Shown here piece by piece: positions 58,542 to 64,000 of a stretch of 64,000 nucleotides of DNA. The DNA is taken from assembly GCA_036676705.1 (NCBI GenBank), contig JAKFCJ010000207.1, forward strand, positions 15-64,014, in the 5' to 3' direction. Below the pieces are notes generated by a model. That model made no database searches and had not been told where the DNA came from. It saw only the letters and a program-made list of their open reading frames with translations. The first letter of the stretch is position 1. Every line of letters starts with the position of its first letter. The translations under genes were made by a program, and so were the position numbers. The stretch comes from Bacteroidota bacterium. Its GTDB lineage: Bacteria; Bacteroidota; Bacteroidia; UBA8524.

Positions 58542-61500
58542 ATGCGTTTTCTGTTAACTGGTTTAATTTCAGCCATGGTGCTGAATCTAACTGCCCAAAA
58601 ATGGGATGTAAACAATCCTCCCGGGGAATTTAAAAATGTGTCATTCACCGTTACCGAAGGCACCTGGATGAATCTGGATATGAGTCCGGATGGAAGTACC
58701 ATCGTCTTCGATATGCTTGGCGATATCTACTCAGTCCCGGCAAAGGGCGGAGATGCCAAACTCCTTCGTGGTGGCCTTGCTTTTGAAGTTCAGCCGAGAT
58801 TTAGTCCCGATGGAAGTAAAATTCTGTTCACCAGCGACGCAGGTGGAGGCGACAATATCTGGTACATGAAAGCCGATGGTTCCGATGCTAAACAAATTAC
58901 CATGGAAAAATTTCGTCTGCTCAATAATGCAGTCTGGGCACCCGGAGGAGAATATATCGTTGCGCGAAAGCACTTCACCTCAGGCCGCTCACTTGGCGCA
59001 GGAGAGATGTGGATGTACCATATTTCCGGGGGCGAAGGAGTTCAACTCACGAAAAGAAAAAATGACCAACAGGATGTGAACGAACCCTGTTTTGATCCTG
59101 AAGGGCGTTACGTCTATTTTTCGGAAGATGTATACCCGGGAGGGTATTTTCAATACAATAAAGACCCGAACAGCCAGATTTATGTGATCAAACGGTATGA
59201 CCTGCATAATGGTGAGATAGAAACCATTATATCCGGAGGCGGTGGTGCTGTGCGTCCGCAAGCTTCTCCCGACGGGAAATACATCTCTTTTGTACGCCGC
59301 GTTAGGGAGAAAAGTGTCTTGTTCCTTCATGATATAGAAAGCGGGATACAATGGCCTTTGTATGATTCCCTGAGTAAAGACCAACAGGAAGCCTGGGCCA
59401 TATTTGGGGTCTATACCGGATATAGCTGGACACCCGATTCCAAAGAAATTGTGATCTGGTCGCATGGTAAAATTTTACGTATAGATGTGGCTTCGCAAAA
59501 GGTCAGTGAAATACCCTTTAGTGCCACGGTTAATCAGCGTATTCGTGAGGCATTGCGCTTTCCGCAGGAAGTCGCTCCGGAGGAATTTATCTCAAAAATG
59601 ATCCGTCATGCGGTGACTTCGCCCGACGGAAAAACCCTGGTATTCAGTGCAGCAGGCTATCTATACAAAAAGGAATTACCCAACGGGGTGCCGGAAAGGT
59701 TAAGCAAACAAACCGAATATTTTGAATTTGAACCCTCCTTTGCACCTGACGGAAAATCGCTGTTGTTTGTTTCCTGGTCGGATAAAGAAAGTGGAGGGCT
59801 CCATAGCATTTTATTGAATGGAGGTTCAGCCAGAAAACTGAGCAAAACAAAGGGGATCTTCAGAAATCCATCCTATTCTGCAGACGGAAAACACGTGCTC
59901 TACTGGAAGGAAAGGGGCAATGACCATCAGGGATTTGCCTGGACAGAAGATGCCGGTATTTATAGGATGAATACGGATGGAAGTGACATAAATAAAGTAG
60001 GCGACGAAGTGGCTGCTCCATTTTTCTCGAATGACGGAGCCTGGATCTATTATGAAAGAGGCAACGGGCTTTACAAAATGACCCTGCAGGGATATGAGGT
60101 GCAGCAGGTGATCAAGTCGACCTATGCGCAGGATTATTGCCTGAGTCCGGATAATAAGTGGGTAGCCTTTACCGACTTGCATAAAGTTTATGTGGCTGCT
60201 TTTCCGGGTACCGGTAAATCTCTTGATCTTGGAGCGGGCAGTACAAGTTTACCGGTGGCTCAATTTGCAAAAGATGCGGGAATTAGTCTGCATTGGAGCA
60301 AAGACAGTAAAACACTCCACTGGACACTGGGAGATGAATATTTTAGCAAGGCCCTGAATGAACGTTTTCTCTATTTACCGGAAGCCAAAGATTCATTGGA
60401 AAATCTTCCTCTTCATGGACAGGCGATCGGATTAAGGTTAAAGACGGATATACCTCTGGCTACCTATGTCCTCGATGCTGCCAGGATCATTACCGTAGAC
60501 CGGGGAAACCGGGTGATCGAAAAAGGGTATATCGTGGTAAAGGAAAATAAAATAGCTGAAATAGGGGAAGGTTCCTATGATCCGGATGCAGCCCGGAACA
60601 AAGGGATCAAAGATGTTCGCGACTGTGCGGGCAAAACCATTATGCCCGGACTCGTTGATGTGCATGCCCATTTATGGACGTTCCGGGAGGGAATACACCC
60701 GCAGAACTACTGGCCTTATGTGGCTAACCTGGCTTATGGAGTCACCACGACCCACGACCCAAGTTCTAATTCTGAGATGGTATTCACTCAAAGTGAAATG
60801 GTCAAAACCGGAAGTATGCTTGGGCCACGGATATATTCTACCGGCACTATCCTTTATGGAGCCGATGGAGGTTTTAAAGCCGTGGTCAATAATTATGATG
60901 ATGCCCGTTCGGCGGTACATCGTACCAAAGCTTTTGGAGCCTTTTCAGTGAAAAGTTACAATCAGCCACGAAGAGAACAGAGGCAGCAGGTCATAACGGC
61001 TTCTGACAGCCTGGGAGTGATGGTGTACCCGGAAGGTGGTTCATTCTTTTATCATAATATGAGCATGATCCTTGACGGACATAGCGGGATCGAGCACAAT
61101 ATCCCCGTAGCTCCATTATATGATGATGTTATTAAGTTGTGGGCCGCTTCAAACACAGGCTATACACCAACCCTGATCGTTTGTTATGGAGCAGCCAGCG
61201 GAGAAAATTACTGGTACCAGCACAGCAACGTCTGGGAAAAAAGTCATTTGTTGGCATTTACCCCCAGAAGTGTGGTTGACTCCCGTTCTCGTCATCGCAC
61301 CATGATACCGGAAAGGGAATATGCCAATGGCCATATCCTGGTGAGTCAGTCGTGCAAGAAACTGCTGGATGCCGGTGTCAAGGTAAATATGGGTTCACAT
61401 GGTCAACTGGAAGGATTGGGGGCACATTGGGAACTATGGATGCTGGCCCAGGGAGGAATGACACCCCTGGAGGTAATTCGTTGCGGGACCATGAACGGTG

Positions 61501-61784
61501 CCGAATATATCGGCATGGGGGATCAGCTCGGTTCCATTGAAGAGGGAAAACTGGCAGATATGATCGTTTTGGATGAAAATCCGATCGAGGATATTTACAA
61601 TACGGAATCTATCCATTACGTAATAATGAATGGGAGGATGTATGAAGCCGATAAAATGAGTGAATACGGGAAGGACAATGCCCCCCATTTCTGGTTTGAA
61701 AATGAAAAATATGGTGAACAATACCCATGGCATGAAAACGGGAACCTGTTAATGCAACCTAAGTGTGAATGCGGTCGTCATTAA
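58542..61784 (+). CDS. Large secreted fusion of TolB-like PD40 beta-propellers (N-terminal) to a metal-dependent amidohydrolase (C-terminal)
   Basis: Repeated SPDG(S/K) PD40 motifs, and MPGLVDVHAHL amidohydrolase metal-binding motif. 1080 aa. Confidence 0.75.
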   Translation: MRFLLTGLISAMVLNLTAQKWDVNNPPGEFKNVSFTVTEGTWMNLDMSPDGSTIVFDMLGDIYSVPAKGGDAKLLRGGLAFEVQPRFSPDGSKILFTSDAGGGDNIWYMKADGSDAKQITMEKFRLLNNAVWAPGGEYIVARKHFTSGRSLGAGEMWMYHISGGEGVQLTKRKNDQQDVNEPCFDPEGRYVYFSEDVYPGGYFQYNKDPNSQIYVIKRYDLHNGEIETIISGGGGAVRPQASPDGKYISFVRRVREKSVLFLHDIESGIQWPLYDSLSKDQQEAWAIFGVYTGYSWTPDSKEIVIWSHGKILRIDVASQKVSEIPFSATVNQRIREALRFPQEVAPEEFISKMIRHAVTSPDGKTLVFSAAGYLYKKELPNGVPERLSKQTEYFEFEPSFAPDGKSLLFVSWSDKESGGLHSILLNGGSARKLSKTKGIFRNPSYSADGKHVLYWKERGNDHQGFAWTEDAGIYRMNTDGSDINKVGDEVAAPFFSNDGAWIYYERGNGLYKMTLQGYEVQQVIKSTYAQDYCLSPDNKWVAFTDLHKVYVAAFPGTGKSLDLGAGSTSLPVAQFAKDAGISLHWSKDSKTLHWTLGDEYFSKALNERFLYLPEAKDSLENLPLHGQAIGLRLKTDIPLATYVLDAARIITVDRGNRVIEKGYIVVKENKIAEIGEGSYDPDAARNKGIKDVRDCAGKTIMPGLVDVHAHLWTFREGIHPQNYWPYVANLAYGVTTTHDPSSNSEMVFTQSEMVKTGSMLGPRIYSTGTILYGADGGFKAVVNNYDDARSAVHRTKAFGAFSVKSYNQPRREQRQQVITASDSLGVMVYPEGGSFFYHNMSMILDGHSGIEHNIPVAPLYDDVIKLWAASNTGYTPTLIVCYGAASGENYWYQHSNVWEKSHLLAFTPRSVVDSRSRHRTMIPEREYANGHILVSQSCKKLLDAGVKVNMGSHGQLEGLGAHWELWMLAQGGMTPLEVIRCGTMNGAEYIGMGDQLGSIEEGKLADMIVLDENPIEDIYNTESIHYVIMNGRMYEADKMSEYGKDNAPHFWFENEKYGEQYPWHENGNLLMQPKCECGRH

Positions 61785-61956
61785 TACGTCAGCTAAAAGG
61801 TTGATTTACAGTAAAAAGTAAAAAATTTATAATTTTTTTACGTTCCGGGCAACATTTGGCAAAATAAGTGCATCATCTTTGTACCGGAGTTAACCACTCT
61901 GTTCGTTCTTTTTAAAATCTCTTCATAGAGTTTTGGTTTGGTTTGGTTTTACAAAG

Positions 61957-61981
61957 GCGCTCTTCGGAGCGCTTTTTTTTT
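61957..61981 (+). terminator. Rho-independent terminator
   Basis: GCGCTC-ttcg-GAGCGC stem followed by T9. Confidence 0.6.
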
Positions 61982-61993
61982 ATCTTGCGCCCT

Positions 61994-62869
61994 ATGCGAT
62001 CTGGCCTGTTTATACTAATTGTAAGTACCCTTATTTCTTGTTCCACGCCTAAAGTCATGAACCAATCGGGTCGGGTAACACCAAAGGGAACAGTTGTCGG
62101 GGGAATTACCTATATGGCCAATGTTTCGCAGGAAAGCTCTGTACGGATGAGCGATGTCTTAAAAAATCAGATCAAAAATTTTAGCAGCGGCGATACCGTT
62201 CAATACGACCAGTTCCTTAGTGATGCCAATGCGGCCATTGTGGCATATGCCGTCGACCCGATCGCTTTTGGTCCACAGTTTTATTTGAGAGTAGGGGTTT
62301 GGGATCGCCTGGAATTGGGGTACACCCGCGCAAAGGGAACCAACATGTTCAGTGCACAAGGTCAGTTCATGGGATTTGAAAAGGAAAGAATTGAGGAGAG
62401 TAAAAAGCGCTGGTTTGGAAGTGGCGGCGTACAATACTCCTGGAATTCATACAACCTCCCCAATTTTTTCGGCAAAATGCAAGACAGATTTGGTTTTGAA
62501 TACAAACGCCGTGATTTTCTGCTTCCTTTTACTTTTTCCTATTCACTTGGTCCGAACGAAACCTATGGGGCGATAGGATTTGGTGCTGTTGTCGGCTTTC
62601 ATCGTATCGACTATTCCTTCCTTCCCGACAGGATCGTCAACGACAAAGGTGTTGTGCTAAAGCCTGGGAATCACACCAATAAATTCAGTTCCATAGGATT
62701 TTTTGTGAATGTGAAGGCAGGTTATAAGTTTGTCTATATCATTCCTTCCATTGCCGTCTATTACCAGCAGTATGGAACCTATCCGTTACTGGACCGGTCT
62801 TCCTTGTTTTTGGAGGGTTTCACCTTCGTTCCGGGGATCAGCTTGCAATTGAATACGATGCGGAAATAG
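61994..62869 (+). CDS. Lipoprotein, hypothetical (beta-rich)
   Basis: The internal start MRSGLFILIVSTLISC gives a lipobox. The upstream Met would overlap the terminator. Confidence 0.45.
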   Translation: MRSGLFILIVSTLISCSTPKVMNQSGRVTPKGTVVGGITYMANVSQESSVRMSDVLKNQIKNFSSGDTVQYDQFLSDANAAIVAYAVDPIAFGPQFYLRVGVWDRLELGYTRAKGTNMFSAQGQFMGFEKERIEESKKRWFGSGGVQYSWNSYNLPNFFGKMQDRFGFEYKRRDFLLPFTFSYSLGPNETYGAIGFGAVVGFHRIDYSFLPDRIVNDKGVVLKPGNHTNKFSSIGFFVNVKAGYKFVYIIPSIAVYYQQYGTYPLLDRSSLFLEGFTFVPGISLQLNTMRK

Positions 62870-62871
62870 GT

Positions 62872-62934
62872 GGTGTAGGTTGTAGGTTGTAGGGGCAGAA
62901 GATTTTCTGCCCCTACAACCTACAACCTACAACC
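62872..62934. repeat. About 30-bp perfect palindrome built from (GGTTGTA)x3 plus GGGGCAGAA/TTCTGCCCC. It is a bidirectional terminator overlapping the uvrB stop
   Basis: tggtgtaggttgtaggttgtaggggcagaa gatt ttctgcccctacaacctacaacctacaacc. The uvrB TAG lies inside the right arm. Confidence 0.75.
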
Positions 62935-64000
62935 CTGTTTCGCCGGCCAACTTCTCCTTCAAGCCCATCAACTCATCCCGCAGCCGGGCGGCGCTCATAA
63001 AATCCAACTCTTTGGCGGATTTTAACATGGCTTTTTCCGTTTCGCTGATCGCCTTTTTCAGTTTGTCACCGGTCAGGTATTTCATGATCGGGTCGGCTGC
63101 GACAGAATTTGTTTCCTCGGGCTCGACGTATATTTTCGCGATCGCTCCTTTATAGTCGACAACAGAGGTTTGTTTCATAATGGCTTCTCTCGACTTGAAA
63201 ACCGTTGTCGGGGTGATGCCATGTTCGGTATTGTAGGCGATTTGTTTTTCGCGACGGCGGTTGTTCTCTTCAATGGTTTTGGCCATGCTGTCGGTCATCC
63301 GGTCGGCATACATGATCACTTTACCACGCTGGTTCCTGGCAGCCCGGCCTATGGTTTGCGTGAGCGAACGGGCACTGCGTAAGAAGCCTTCTTTGTCGGC
63401 ATCCATAATGGCAACAAAGGAAACTTCAGGCAAATCAAGTCCTTCCCGCAGCAGGTTAACCCCAACCAAAACATCAAATTCGCCCAAACGCAAGCCGCGT
63501 AAAATTTCAACACGTTCGAGGGTTTTTACTTCGGAGTGGATGTATTGGCAACGAATCCCGAGGCGCGACATGTATTTGGTCAGTTCTTCGGCCATTCTTT
63601 TGGTGAGGGTTGTTACAAGGATACGGTCGCCCATTTTGATGCGGTCGTCGATCTCTTCCAAAAGATCATCGACCTGGTTCAGCGAGGGACGAACCTCAAT
63701 GACCGGATCAAGCAGGCCCGTGGGGCGAATGATCTGCTCCACCACCACGCCATCTGACTCTGCCACTTCAAAATCAGCGGGAGTAGCTGAAACATAAATA
63801 ACCTGTTTGATGATGGAATAAAACTCATCAAAGGTTAAAGGGCGGTTATCCATTGCCGCAGGAAGCCGGAATCCATAATCGACCAGATTGATCTTGCGCG
63901 AACGGTCTCCTCCATACATGGCCCTTACCTGAGGGATGGAAACATGGCTTTCATCCACCACCAGTAAAAAATCATCCGGAAAATAATCCATCAAACAAAA
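62927..64000 (-). CDS. uvrB: Excinuclease ABC subunit B, C-terminal part. The gene continues past the window end
   Basis: Helicase C-terminal motifs TIGRAARN and UVR domain [15 protein letters not shown]. Confidence 0.9.
   Translation of the reverse strand, partial: FCLMDYFPDDFLLVVDESHVSIPQVRAMYGGDRSRKINLVDYGFRLPAAMDNRPLTFDEFYSIIKQVIYVSATPADFEVAESDGVVVEQIIRPTGLLDPVIEVRPSLNQVDDLLEEIDDRIKMGDRILVTTLTKRMAEELTKYMSRLGIRCQYIHSEVKTLERVEILRGLRLGEFDVLVGVNLLREGLDLPEVSFVAIMDADKEGFLRSARSLTQTIGRAARNQRGKVIMYADRMTDSMAKTIEENNRRREKQIAYNTEHGITPTTVFKSREAIMKQTSVVDYKGAIAKIYVEPEETNSVAADPIMKYLTGDKLKKAISETEKAMLKSAKELDFMSAARLRDELMGLKEKLAGETGL

Overview
This 64 kb window is mostly chromosomal housekeeping DNA, very probably from a Bacteroidota genome (phylum inferred). 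I infer this from the T9SS type-A and type-B C-terminal sorting domains, the GldE/CorC-like gene, exact TAnnTTTG -7 boxes, and the absence of Shine-Dalgarno dependence. About 60 protein genes are called. They include a tight birA-coaX-OMP-TPR-LptC-like-gldE-like-NUDIX string, pepA-pdxA, the yceD-rpmF-plsX-fabH plus accB-accC lipid cluster, pyrF, an ada-alkB adaptive-response pair, and an oxidoreductase-MFS-ECF-sigma operon. It also holds rmuC, a PD40-amidohydrolase giant and a partial uvrB. No rRNA, tRNA or CRISPR was seen. The unusual material falls into four groups:
(1) An IS200/IS605-family (RAYT-like) HuH-Y1 transposase sits inside 3.5 tandem copies of a ~200 bp structured repeat with ~25 bp inverted repeats. 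This lies in an AT-rich accessory pocket at about 50.4-54.6 kb.
(2) There is a family of small GGTTRA-hexamer-array plus GC-hairpin elements. Two copies sit between convergent genes, and two more are embedded in frame inside a membrane glycosyltransferase CDS.
(3) A TPR-TM-class III adenylate cyclase gene is cut by a single in-frame TAG.
(4) A T9SS cargo gene has its signal peptide in a different frame from its body, with the break at a C5 homopolymer.
All calls rest on motif recognition by eye and the ORF track. No database searches were run.
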